DNA from: an uncultured bacterium
GTDB taxonomy: Bacteria > UBA8481
Assembly (NCBI GenBank): GCA_964499705.1
Contig: CAZCME010000009.1
Span: forward strand, 2,001-66,000
Length of the DNA: 64,000 bases
Direction: 5' to 3'
The notes under the pieces were generated by a model that was not told where the DNA came from, ran no database searches, and was given only the letters and a program-made list of their open reading frames with translations. Made by a program: the position numbers and the translations under genes. This document shows positions 29,732-38,474 of this stretch, piece by piece. Positions within the stretch are counted from its first letter, which is position 1. Each line of letters starts with the position of its first letter.

Positions 29732-30215
29732 GTGCGCCGGGCGAAGCCTGGCCTGTCTTGTGACCTGAAAGGAGGTCGCCATGTGAATTGTCCGTTCAAC
29801 ATGTAGCAGAGGAAGCGTCGGTCGGGAGTAATTCCGACGACGAAGCCTTCCAATGCGAAAGTGTGAGCTGTAACGCAAGTGAACCTGATTCAGCCTCGTT
29901 AAGCTAAGCGAGAGCGGTCAGACTGTCAGGATTGATGAAGCCTGTCATCGGCGAGGAAGCAACGGACACGTGCACTCGTCGAGCTCTCCGGGGTCATTGA
30001 GGACAGCGCGCACGGAAAGACGGGTCGAGGAACCCGGGAGACCCGTTTGGGACTTTCCTGCTGTAGGTAGGAAAGAACGCTGCTGCGGAATTCATAACGC
30101 GGTGACGGCTCAGGCGGGAGTCGGATGGGCTCACAGTAGCGAGGAAGCGGGTTAATGTCCGTGGAGCGAAGGAGCCCTGTCGGAAGTATGTTTTGAAATT
30201 GGAGGTAAGTGCCGC

Positions 30216-30344
30216 TTGAACGAAAGTTCCACTACGGGTAATCCGTTGGACGAAACGTCTGCTCGAAATTTGGGCAAACGAATTGCTCTCCCTGAGAAAC
30301 TCTCGCTTCTGAGGACAAAACTAGGCCAAAAGGCCAAACAGTGA
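30216..30344 (+). CDS. Detached N-terminal (RT0) segment of the intron-encoded protein, 42 aa
   Basis: GGAGG 30201-30205, TTG 30216, ...[21 protein letters not shown]. Confidence 0.6.
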   Translation: MNESSTTGNPLDETSARNLGKRIALPEKLSLLRTKLGQKAKQ

Positions 30345-31585
30345 GCCGCGAGAGCGGCGCAAGGAAGTTCCGATTCTATGTTTTGTATGATCGGATCTAT
30401 CGGATGGACACGCTTGAGACGGCGTGGCGATTGGTTGCTCTCAACAAGGGAGCCCCCGGTGTGGATGGTGTCACGACTGACGACATCCGAAAATGCGACG
30501 GCGGCGAGGCTGTTTTTCTGAAAGAGATTCACGAAGCGCTTCGCACCAAGACCTACCGCGCTCAGGCAGTACGCCGTGTCTACATTCCCAAAGCCAACGG
30601 GAAAATGCGACCGCTCGGCATCCCGACAATCCGGGATCGCGTGGTTCAGATGGCGACGCTGTTGATATTGGAACCGATCTTTGAAGCGGATTTCGAGGAA
30701 TGTTCCTTCGGATTCCGTCCGGGTCGTTCCGCTCATCAGGCATTGGATGCCATTCGCACGGAACTGACGGCGGGAAGAGTTGCGATATACGATGCGGATC
30801 TACAAGGCTGCTTCGATGAAATTCCCCACGACAAGCTTTTAGCATGTGTGCAGATGAGGGTCGTCGACCGATCGGTCATCGGCCTGATACGCATGTGGCT
30901 GAAATCGCCCATCGTGGAAGAGGACGGCAAGATGGGAAACGGAAGAAACGGGAAGGGCACGCCGCAAGGCGGGGTCATTTCTCCGCTTCTGGCGAACATC
31001 TTCCTTCACTGGCTGGACGTGACGTTTCACCGGAGTGGCGGTCCCGGAGTATGGGCGAACGCTCGACTGGTCCGCTATGCCGACGATTTTGTCGTCATGG
31101 CGCGATATCAGGGTGATCGTATTACGAACTGGCTGGAATCGACGATCGAAGGCTGGATGGATTTGAAGATCAACCGAGAGAAAACTCGCGTGATCGATCT
31201 GAGGACGGAAGGAGCCAGTCTGGACTTTCTCGGCTTCACTTTTCGTTATGACCAAAGCATCAAGAAGCGCGGCAGCGTATATCTGAACATCACGCCGAGC
31301 GCCAAAGCGATGAGCCGGGAACGCGAAAAGTTGCGAACGATGACAAGTGCGAAAATGTGCTTCAAGCCGATGCCCGATCTCATTGAGGATCTCAATCGAC
31401 ACCTCAAAGGCTGGGCGAACTACTTCAGATATGGATACCCGCGGACATCATTCCGGGATATCAACACGTATGTCCACGAACGGCTGACGAAACATCTGCG
31501 GCGACGAAGCCAACGAAAATATCGCTTTCCGCAGAATATGTCCTGTTATGAGCACCTCAAGAGACTGGGGCTCATGACTCTGTGA
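30341..31585 (+). CDS. ltrA: Group II intron reverse transcriptase/maturase
   Basis: [59 protein letters not shown], domain X GWANYF. Confidence 0.93.
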   Translation: MSRESGARKFRFYVLYDRIYRMDTLETAWRLVALNKGAPGVDGVTTDDIRKCDGGEAVFLKEIHEALRTKTYRAQAVRRVYIPKANGKMRPLGIPTIRDRVVQMATLLILEPIFEADFEECSFGFRPGRSAHQALDAIRTELTAGRVAIYDADLQGCFDEIPHDKLLACVQMRVVDRSVIGLIRMWLKSPIVEEDGKMGNGRNGKGTPQGGVISPLLANIFLHWLDVTFHRSGGPGVWANARLVRYADDFVVMARYQGDRITNWLESTIEGWMDLKINREKTRVIDLRTEGASLDFLGFTFRYDQSIKKRGSVYLNITPSAKAMSREREKLRTMTSAKMCFKPMPDLIEDLNRHLKGWANYFRYGYPRTSFRDINTYVHERLTKHLRRRSQRKYRFPQNMSCYEHLKRLGLMTL

Positions 31586-31696
31586 ATGCCTCAAGCGAGA
31601 GTTTCCGAGAGAGCCGGATGCGGGAAATCCGCCTGTCCGGTTCGACGAGGGGCGCGGCGGCGGACGAAACACATGTCCGCCCCGCGCCTACTCTAC

Positions 31697-31729
31697 TTAA
31701 ATTTACCGCCATCGGATGGGGAACTTCTG
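31697..31729 (+). repeat. Nested-palindrome element copy B, right end
   Basis: TTAAATTTACCGCCATCGGATGGGGAACTTCTG matches the ends of copies A and C. Confidence 0.85.
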
Positions 31730-31781
31730 GTTATCCGAGCGCGACATTGCAGCGGTGTGACCCTCCCTATAGATTGATGGT

Positions 31782-34199
31782 GTGCGGAATTGTTTCTCCA
31801 TCATCGTCTGCCTGCTTGCCCTGATCGTTCCGGCGCGGGGTTCGGAGGAAACGGCGCCGATCGCGATCGCCGCTTCCGCGGAGACGCTTCTCGTCGGGCC
31901 TGAAATGGGGCCCGCGATCATTCTCGATGATGGCGCGGAACTGAAGGACATGCATATTGTCGGCCGGGATTCCTCCCTTCTCGGATGCGCGGTTCTCGTG
32001 CGGGGGCGCGGCGTGCGCATTATAAATTGCGAGATCGAGGGCGGGCCGGGAACTGGCATTCTCGTGCTCGGTGGCGAAGCGATCATGGAAAGCGTCACGA
32101 TCCATTCCTCCCGCGAGGGGATTTCCGCGCGCGCTTCAGCGTTGGAGATTTCCCGCAGCCACATCTGGGGAAATACTTCGACGGGCATCGATCTGGAAGA
32201 AGGGAGCTCGTTGGCCGCGTCGCATACTTCCGTGAACAGCAACGGCGGCGACGGACTTGTCCTGGGGGCGCTCGCTACCGCGACGTTCGAGACGGTCACG
32301 ATTGCCACTAATTCGGGGTACGGGATCCGGTCGCTTTATGCCATCCGGTCTTTCGACACCACATCCCTCGTCTGCGTCGGTAATGGAAGGGGACCATTTC
32401 TCGTGGACTGGCTTTCGACCGACCATGCAGCCGATTCTGCAGTGACTCCTCCATCCCAGGAGGCAGCTCTCAGACCGAACTCGGCGGAAGAGATTGCTCC
32501 GGTTCTTGCCTTGGCGGGATTCGCTCCTGACGATCTTCGCCTCCCATCCGATCGGCTCGCCGACATCACTCCGCTGGCCCGGTCAGCCCTGGATTCGCCC
32601 TGGACGGCTTCGTCGCATGTCACTCTTGTGGCGGAACACATTCTGGAGTCAGTCGCCATAGGCACCGCGTTGCGCGCGATGGTCGAAGCGGCGGGCGGGA
32701 GCATGCCGGAGGAACGGGGGCGGCTGACGCTTGTGGAGGCGGCCGCGGTGGCGCACGCTTTTGTGAGCGAGCTTCCTTCCATGGACGAACTGGAGACCGC
32801 GGTGCTCATTGAGGAATCCGAGCCGACTCTCCTCGAAAATCATTTCGGCGTGGAGCGCGAGCAGGCGGAGGCGGAGAGGCTGGGAATGATCTCGTCATCC
32901 GTGGATCTGGGATCGGTTGCCGGAATCATGCAGCTTCTTCTGGATGCGGCCATGGCGATGGATTCGTCGGCCGTGGATTTCGTGGAGCGACCTGCGGGCG
33001 TCGAGGGGAAATTGAGGGCGGCATGGAAGACGGAAGCAGGATGGATCGTCGTGGGCGATACGGGCGCGAATCGCTATCCCGCGGGAATCGCCTTCATCAT
33101 CGACGCCGGCGGCGATGATCATTATCGCGACGCGGCCTGCGTGGAGAACTCCGGTCCGCATATAGGATCGGGCGCGGATTCGGTGGCCGCTTATTCCTTA
33201 GTCGCCGACCCCTGGGTCTCCGTCGTCATCGATTATGGCGGCGATGATCTGTATGAAGGCAGGACCGCATCCGCGAAGCGCGGGTTCGCCCTGCTCGTGG
33301 ATTTCGGCGGCAACGACCGGTATATCGGCGGAGATCGGACCCAGGCCGCGGTCATCGGCGGCGGCGCGCTTCTCTGGGATCGCGAGGGAGATGACCATTA
33401 CCGTGGCGGCCGGGGATGCCAGGCCTTTGCGGTCGCGGGATTGTCACTCCTCATGGACGATGCGGGAAGCGACGAATACTCGGCCGCTTCCTCCTCCCAG
33501 GCCTTCAGCGGCACACACTCGGCCGCAGCGCTCGTCGATCGATCGGGCGACGATCAGTATGTGCTCCGCGGAGGCGATGCCGATTCTCTCCGCGACCCCT
33601 CGATGCGCGTCTCCTACGGCCAGGCCTTCGCCGTCGGATTGCGACCGGGACCGGCGGGAGGCGTGGCGCTCCTGCTGGACGGCGGTGGACATGACTATTA
33701 CAAGTGCGATCTCTTCGGGCAGGGCGTGGGATACTGGGGAGGCATCGGCGCGCTGGTGGACTGGAGCGGATCGGATGTCTATCGCGGATATTATTACGTC
33801 CAGGGAGCGGGCGTTCATCTCGCGGCGGGACTTCTGATTGACCGGGCCGGGCGGGATTACTACCAGTCGTGGACGGTTTCCCAGGGGTGCGGACACGACA
33901 TGGCTCTCGGGATTCTGATCGACGAATCCGGAGACGATCTCTATCGAGCGGATAACCTGACGCAAGGCGCGGGAAATTCCAACGGTATTGGATTCCTGCT
34001 GGACTGTTCGGGCAACGATCGGTACATGCTCGATCACGGCATGTCGGGGCAGGGATACGGGGTCTATGAGAATCTGATCCGGAGATACGGATCGCTCGGA
34101 GTGTTCCTCGATCTGGCGGGGGAAGATTTTTACAGCGGCAAGGGGCGGGACGGGACGAGCTGGATGAACGGGGAAGTGGGAGTGGGGATGGATCGATGA
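31782..34199 (+). CDS. Secreted protein: right-handed beta-helix plus tandem DxxGxDxY repeats
   Basis: Signal peptide; NxGxGI beta-helix turns; more than ten (I/L)xDxxG(D/N)DxY repeats; TTGCAG-N17-TAGATT-N6-GTG upstream. Confidence 0.75.
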   Translation: MRNCFSIIVCLLALIVPARGSEETAPIAIAASAETLLVGPEMGPAIILDDGAELKDMHIVGRDSSLLGCAVLVRGRGVRIINCEIEGGPGTGILVLGGEAIMESVTIHSSREGISARASALEISRSHIWGNTSTGIDLEEGSSLAASHTSVNSNGGDGLVLGALATATFETVTIATNSGYGIRSLYAIRSFDTTSLVCVGNGRGPFLVDWLSTDHAADSAVTPPSQEAALRPNSAEEIAPVLALAGFAPDDLRLPSDRLADITPLARSALDSPWTASSHVTLVAEHILESVAIGTALRAMVEAAGGSMPEERGRLTLVEAAAVAHAFVSELPSMDELETAVLIEESEPTLLENHFGVEREQAEAERLGMISSSVDLGSVAGIMQLLLDAAMAMDSSAVDFVERPAGVEGKLRAAWKTEAGWIVVGDTGANRYPAGIAFIIDAGGDDHYRDAACVENSGPHIGSGADSVAAYSLVADPWVSVVIDYGGDDLYEGRTASAKRGFALLVDFGGNDRYIGGDRTQAAVIGGGALLWDREGDDHYRGGRGCQAFAVAGLSLLMDDAGSDEYSAASSSQAFSGTHSAAALVDRSGDDQYVLRGGDADSLRDPSMRVSYGQAFAVGLRPGPAGGVALLLDGGGHDYYKCDLFGQGVGYWGGIGALVDWSGSDVYRGYYYVQGAGVHLAAGLLIDRAGRDYYQSWTVSQGCGHDMALGILIDESGDDLYRADNLTQGAGNSNGIGFLLDCSGNDRYMLDHGMSGQGYGVYENLIRRYGSLGVFLDLAGEDFYSGKGRDGTSWMNGEVGVGMDR

Positions 34200-34864
34200 G
34201 AAAGCGATTTCGCATTCCGTCGATATTATTCTGGATGCTTGTGGCGGGGATGACGATCCTTCCCGCGAACGCAGAGACCTCGTTCATCTGGCGCGAGAAT
34301 TTCCTGGTTCTTTCCACGGGGCGCGCGTCATTCCGATCTCTCTATGATGAGTCTTCGCGCAACATCATCGCGGGAGCGCCCGCATCGATTCTTCATCTCG
34401 CGGAATTCTACGACGCACGCTCGTCGCGGGAGTGGCTGTCGCTGTATCGCGTGGCGTCCGACATGGGGCCGGCCGCGGGACCGATCCTGCTCGATGCGGC
34501 GGACGCGGCGGCAACGGACACGGCCTTGTGGCCTCTGCTGGTCGCGTACGGCGCTTCGCGGGACACGCTCCATGTCGACCGGCTGCTTCGTTTTACCGGT
34601 AGTCCGGACAAGCGTGTTCGGGCCGCGGTCGCTTTGGTCTGCGGAGACGTGGCGCTTGTTTCCACGCAGCCCCTGCTGGCGGAAGTTGTGCACGATACGG
34701 AAGCGGCGGTTCGACGCATCGCGGTGGATTCGCTGGGACGAATCTTCAAGGCGGCGACCGCGGAATCCGACTCCGCTGCGCTTCGATCGTCACTGGAAAT
34801 GGCGCTCGACGATCCCGATCCCTGGGTGAGAAGAAATGCCCGGAAGGCGCTCGGGCGCCCATGA
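34196..34864 (+). CDS. Exported HEAT-repeat protein
   Basis: DPDPWVRRNARKALG, VRRIAVDSLG; ATGA overlap. Confidence 0.75.
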   Translation: MRKRFRIPSILFWMLVAGMTILPANAETSFIWRENFLVLSTGRASFRSLYDESSRNIIAGAPASILHLAEFYDARSSREWLSLYRVASDMGPAAGPILLDAADAAATDTALWPLLVAYGASRDTLHVDRLLRFTGSPDKRVRAAVALVCGDVALVSTQPLLAEVVHDTEAAVRRIAVDSLGRIFKAATAESDSAALRSSLEMALDDPDPWVRRNARKALGRP

Positions 34865-35819
34865 ACGCTCGCATCAACAGGCGGAACTTCTGATCCGCGC
34901 GGAACAACTCTCGCGGTCCTTCGGTGATCTGCTGGCCGTGGATCGGTTGGATCTCGAGCTGGCGCGGGGGGAGGTCCTGGGATTCCTGGGGCCCAACGGA
35001 GCAGGGAAGACCACGACGGTCCGCCTGCTTGCCGCGCTTATTTCTCCCACCTCCGGCACGGCCATCGTGAACGGTCATGACGTGCGAAACGATGCCGATT
35101 CCGTGCGGCGGAGCGTCGGGATCCTGACCGAGACTCCGGGTTTCTACGACCGCCTTTCCGTGCAACGCAACCTGGAGATCTTCGCCGCGTTGTATGACGT
35201 CAACGATCCCGCCGCGCGGGTAGCCCGATATCTCGACAGGCTCGGACTCACCTCGCGCCGCATGGATCCGGCGGGAACGCTCTCCAAGGGCATGAAGCAG
35301 AAGCTGGCGATCTGCCGAGCGCTTCTGCATGAGCCTCCGATCGTCTTCCTGGACGAACCCACGAGCGCCCTCGATCCCGAGGCGGCGCGCGTGGTCCGCG
35401 ACTTCATTCGCGAATTGCAGAGCGATGGCCGAACGATCCTTCTGTGCACGCACAACCTGGAGGAGGCGGATCAGCTCTGCGACCGGGTCGCGCTCTTCCG
35501 GACGAGGCTTTTGGTCGTGGAGACGCCTGACCGGCTGAGAAGCAGGCTCTACGGCCGCGAGATCATCTTCCGGGTACGATCAGCCACGGACGCGTACGCG
35601 GAGATCATTCGCGGACTGCCGTTCGCGACGGATGAGTTCCGCGCCGGTGTCATCCGACGCGGCGACGACATCCAGGTGAGTTCGACCGACCCGGAACGCC
35701 ACAACCCCGGGATCATCCGGGCCCTCACGGAGGCGGGAGCGGACATTCTGTTCGTCACCGAGGTGAGGCATTCGCTGGAAAAGATCTACCTGGAAGTCCT
35801 GGCGGAGAAAGTCCCGTGA
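34836..35819 (+). CDS. ABC-2 type exporter ATP-binding protein
   Basis: GPNGAGKTT, LSKGMKQK, FLDEPT, H-loop. Confidence 0.93.
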   Translation: MPGRRSGAHERSHQQAELLIRAEQLSRSFGDLLAVDRLDLELARGEVLGFLGPNGAGKTTTVRLLAALISPTSGTAIVNGHDVRNDADSVRRSVGILTETPGFYDRLSVQRNLEIFAALYDVNDPAARVARYLDRLGLTSRRMDPAGTLSKGMKQKLAICRALLHEPPIVFLDEPTSALDPEAARVVRDFIRELQSDGRTILLCTHNLEEADQLCDRVALFRTRLLVVETPDRLRSRLYGREIIFRVRSATDAYAEIIRGLPFATDEFRAGVIRRGDDIQVSSTDPERHNPGIIRALTEAGADILFVTEVRHSLEKIYLEVLAEKVP

Positions 35820-36601
35820 ATAAAATTCGCGTGATCGTGGAAAAGGAGTGGGACGAGTGCTTCCGCAATATGACGGTTCTCTTCTCGTTCATCTTTCTGC
35901 CGTTGCTCTTCGCCGCGCTCGCCTCGGGCACGGTCTACATGACGTCGCGGACCGCGGCGGAAGATGCCGGCATGGAAGAGATCGAGGCGACCATGGGCGC
36001 GGTCTACGACGAATCGCAGGGACCGGACGGATTTCTCCTTTATTTCGCCTCGGTCTATCTCACGTTCTTCATGCTGCTGCCCGCCATCCTGCCGGGCGTT
36101 TTTGCCGCGCATTCCATCGTCGGCGAGAAAGTGGCGCGGACACTGGAGCCGCTCCTGGCCACGCCGATCCGGACGACGGAACTGCTGGCCGGCAAAGCGC
36201 TGGCGGCGGTGATCCCGAGCCTCGCGGCGTCCTGGAGCGGTGTCTTCCTGTACCTGTTTGCGCTCGCAACCTTTCTTCCCGTGGAGCTCGTCGCGGAACT
36301 CGTTAGCTTTCAGAATATCTTTGTGGTCGGCGTGCTGGGATTCCTGCTCTCGGTGATGGGCGTGGAGTTGACGATGATCATCTCGTCGCGGTCCCGCGAT
36401 CCGCGGATCGCGCAGCAACTCTCCGGTCTAGTCGTCATGCCCATCCTTTTTCTCTTCGTGGGACAGCTGGCCGGATTTCTCGCGGTCACACCCCTCTTCG
36501 CCCTCTCCGGCGCCGTTATCCTGGGGTCGCTTGATGTCGCGCTCGCCTGTCTTGCTGTGAAATTATTCGATCGCGAGTCCATCCTGACGAAATGGAAGTG
36601 A
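35816..36601 (+). CDS. ABC-2 type exporter permease
   Basis: IVGEKVARTLEPLLATPI, about six TMs. Confidence 0.9.
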   Translation: MNKIRVIVEKEWDECFRNMTVLFSFIFLPLLFAALASGTVYMTSRTAAEDAGMEEIEATMGAVYDESQGPDGFLLYFASVYLTFFMLLPAILPGVFAAHSIVGEKVARTLEPLLATPIRTTELLAGKALAAVIPSLAASWSGVFLYLFALATFLPVELVAELVSFQNIFVVGVLGFLLSVMGVELTMIISSRSRDPRIAQQLSGLVVMPILFLFVGQLAGFLAVTPLFALSGAVILGSLDVALACLAVKLFDRESILTKWK

Positions 36602-36619
36602 TCTGATAATGTTTTTCCC

Positions 36620-38353
36620 ATGAGAAAACTTCTCCTGCTTTTCGCTGTGTTCGCCGTGGCCGCGCTCGGCGGGTGGTGGTTCTTCAAGGTGCCCGCGCGA
36701 CCCGCCATCCCGCGGTATAACGTTCTCTACCTTCACGCGGACAGTTTCAACCGGAGCCATATCCAGATCTACGGGTATCACAGGAAGACGATGCCGTATC
36801 TCGAGGAGCTTGCGAAGGAGGGCGTGGTCTTCGACAAGATGATCAATCCGTCCGGATGGACGAACGAGAATCTCGTGGCGATCTTCTCGTCGCTGTCGAG
36901 CCCCATTCACAAGGTGGAGACGCGGATGCACAACATCGATCCCGCCTGGATCACGCCCCTGGAGATCATCCGGACGTACGGTTATCGCGCGCCCCGGCTG
37001 GAGGGTTGGCAGATGGACCAGAACCACAACGAGCTGGGGTTCGAGGAACTGGAGAACATGCATCCCGCGGAGTGGCTGGAGAAGCACGGGACGGAGGGGC
37101 CGTTCTTTCTCTTCCACCAGTTCCTCATCCCGCATCTGCCGTATAACGGCGATCATCACGACACCGATATCCAGCTGCAGTTCCTGAAGGACGACATGTT
37201 CAAGTCCGGGGAACAGCGGCGGCGCATCATGTCGACGGTCTACAAGAACACCGTGATCCCTAGGAACGGCAAGATCGTCTTCGATCCCGACGACATCCAT
37301 GCGATATCCGCGCTGTATGACGGGGAACTGGCGATCCTGGACCGGGAGATCAAACGCTCCGTGGAGATGCTGGAGAAACTGGGCCTTCGGGAGAACACGA
37401 TCATCGTCGTCTCGGCGGATCACGGCGAAGAGGTGATGGAGCACGGATTCGTAGGTCATGCGTCGACCACCCGGAACGCTCAGATCTTCGACGAGATCGT
37501 GAATGTCCCGTTCGTCCTCATCTTTCCGAAGAAAATTACGGGCGGAAAGTTCATCACGACACAGGTGCGCGGCATCGACGCGATGCCGACCATCCTGGAG
37601 CTTCTGGAGATTCCGGTCCCGGAATTCCTGGAGGGAAAATCGCTGATGCCGGTGATCCGCGGAGAAGAAAGCGCGGATCGCACGGCGTTCGTCCAGACCT
37701 CCCGCGCGGGGTACGGCGAGCCGGATCCGATGAACGTGACGGACCGCATCCGCGCCATCAGGACTCCGGATTGGAAGCTGCTGCATTATTTCTACAAGGA
37801 AGATCCCGCGCGGTTCGAGTTGTACGATCTCAGGAAGGATTCCGGGGAGCAGCGGAATGTGATCGACTCCCATCCGCAGGTCGCGAATGAATTGAGAGGC
37901 AGGCTCCTGGAGTGGATCACGCGCGAAGAAGGCGTGAAACCTCCGCCGCCGGATTACCTCGCCATGAAGTCACCGCACCAGAGAGTGCGCGATTATCTCT
38001 TCCGCCGGCATCGCCGGACGGATTTCCGCGGCGTTCCTTCTCCACCGCAGATCCTGACGCCCGTTGACGGCAAGGTCTACACCGGCCTTTCGGACGGCGG
38101 CAAGGCCGTCATCCAGTGGACCGGGGAGAAGGACGTTCCGTACGTCCTGGAATACGACGTCGGGACGGGCGATTACCATCTTCCCGGAGTCCTGGAGGTG
38201 GAAGGCAACGAGCAGGTCTTCGGGCCTTTCACGTTGAAATACTGGAACACTTACCTGACGCTCTACTCGCCCTATAAAGTCCGCGTCTCCATCGACAAGC
38301 ATCCGCGCGAATGGAGCCCCTGGGTGCATTTCGAGGTGCAGGCGGCGGAATAG
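36620..38353 (+). CDS. Sulfatase/alkaline-phosphatase superfamily hydrolase
   Basis: NVLYLHADSF, PHLPY, LYDGEL, VSADHGE, ELYDL; no C/SxPxR motif. Confidence 0.85.
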   Translation: MRKLLLLFAVFAVAALGGWWFFKVPARPAIPRYNVLYLHADSFNRSHIQIYGYHRKTMPYLEELAKEGVVFDKMINPSGWTNENLVAIFSSLSSPIHKVETRMHNIDPAWITPLEIIRTYGYRAPRLEGWQMDQNHNELGFEELENMHPAEWLEKHGTEGPFFLFHQFLIPHLPYNGDHHDTDIQLQFLKDDMFKSGEQRRRIMSTVYKNTVIPRNGKIVFDPDDIHAISALYDGELAILDREIKRSVEMLEKLGLRENTIIVVSADHGEEVMEHGFVGHASTTRNAQIFDEIVNVPFVLIFPKKITGGKFITTQVRGIDAMPTILELLEIPVPEFLEGKSLMPVIRGEESADRTAFVQTSRAGYGEPDPMNVTDRIRAIRTPDWKLLHYFYKEDPARFELYDLRKDSGEQRNVIDSHPQVANELRGRLLEWITREEGVKPPPPDYLAMKSPHQRVRDYLFRRHRRTDFRGVPSPPQILTPVDGKVYTGLSDGGKAVIQWTGEKDVPYVLEYDVGTGDYHLPGVLEVEGNEQVFGPFTLKYWNTYLTLYSPYKVRVSIDKHPREWSPWVHFEVQAAE

Positions 38354-38474
38354 GGGACATTCTCCAACATTGCAACATTGGGGACATTGGAGTTATGAGT
38401 TTCGATTTGCCTCCTCGCGTACGAGAACCTCCAACTCCTTTATTCTGAATGTTGCAATGTTGGAGAATGTCCCC
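38353..38474. repeat. Perfect 27-bp inverted repeat (GGGGACA...TGTCCCC family)
   Basis: GGGGACATTCTCCAACATTGCAACATT (38353-38379) / AATGTTGCAATGTTGGAGAATGTCCCC (38448-38474). Confidence 0.9.

Larger units (their letters stand above)
29732..31696 (+). mobile_element. Group II intron, full length, no endonuclease domain
   Basis: 5' GTGCG at 29732; domain V GAGCCGGATGCGGGAAATCCGCCTGTCCGGTTC (31611-31643); domain VI ending CCTACTCTAC; joined flanks restore ATCCTG|TTAAATT as in the intact repeat at 49.4 kb. Confidence 0.93.

Noticed and set aside
31611-31643. Class IIC intron assignment
   Set aside because: Domain V is full length with an AGC triad, not the shortened CGC form of IIC.
29592-31729. 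CRISPR array, retron or DGR interpretation of RT plus repeats
   Set aside because: Repeats are dispersed palindromes, not repeat-spacer arrays; no cas genes or TR/VR pair; the RT has domain X and flanking domain V/VI.
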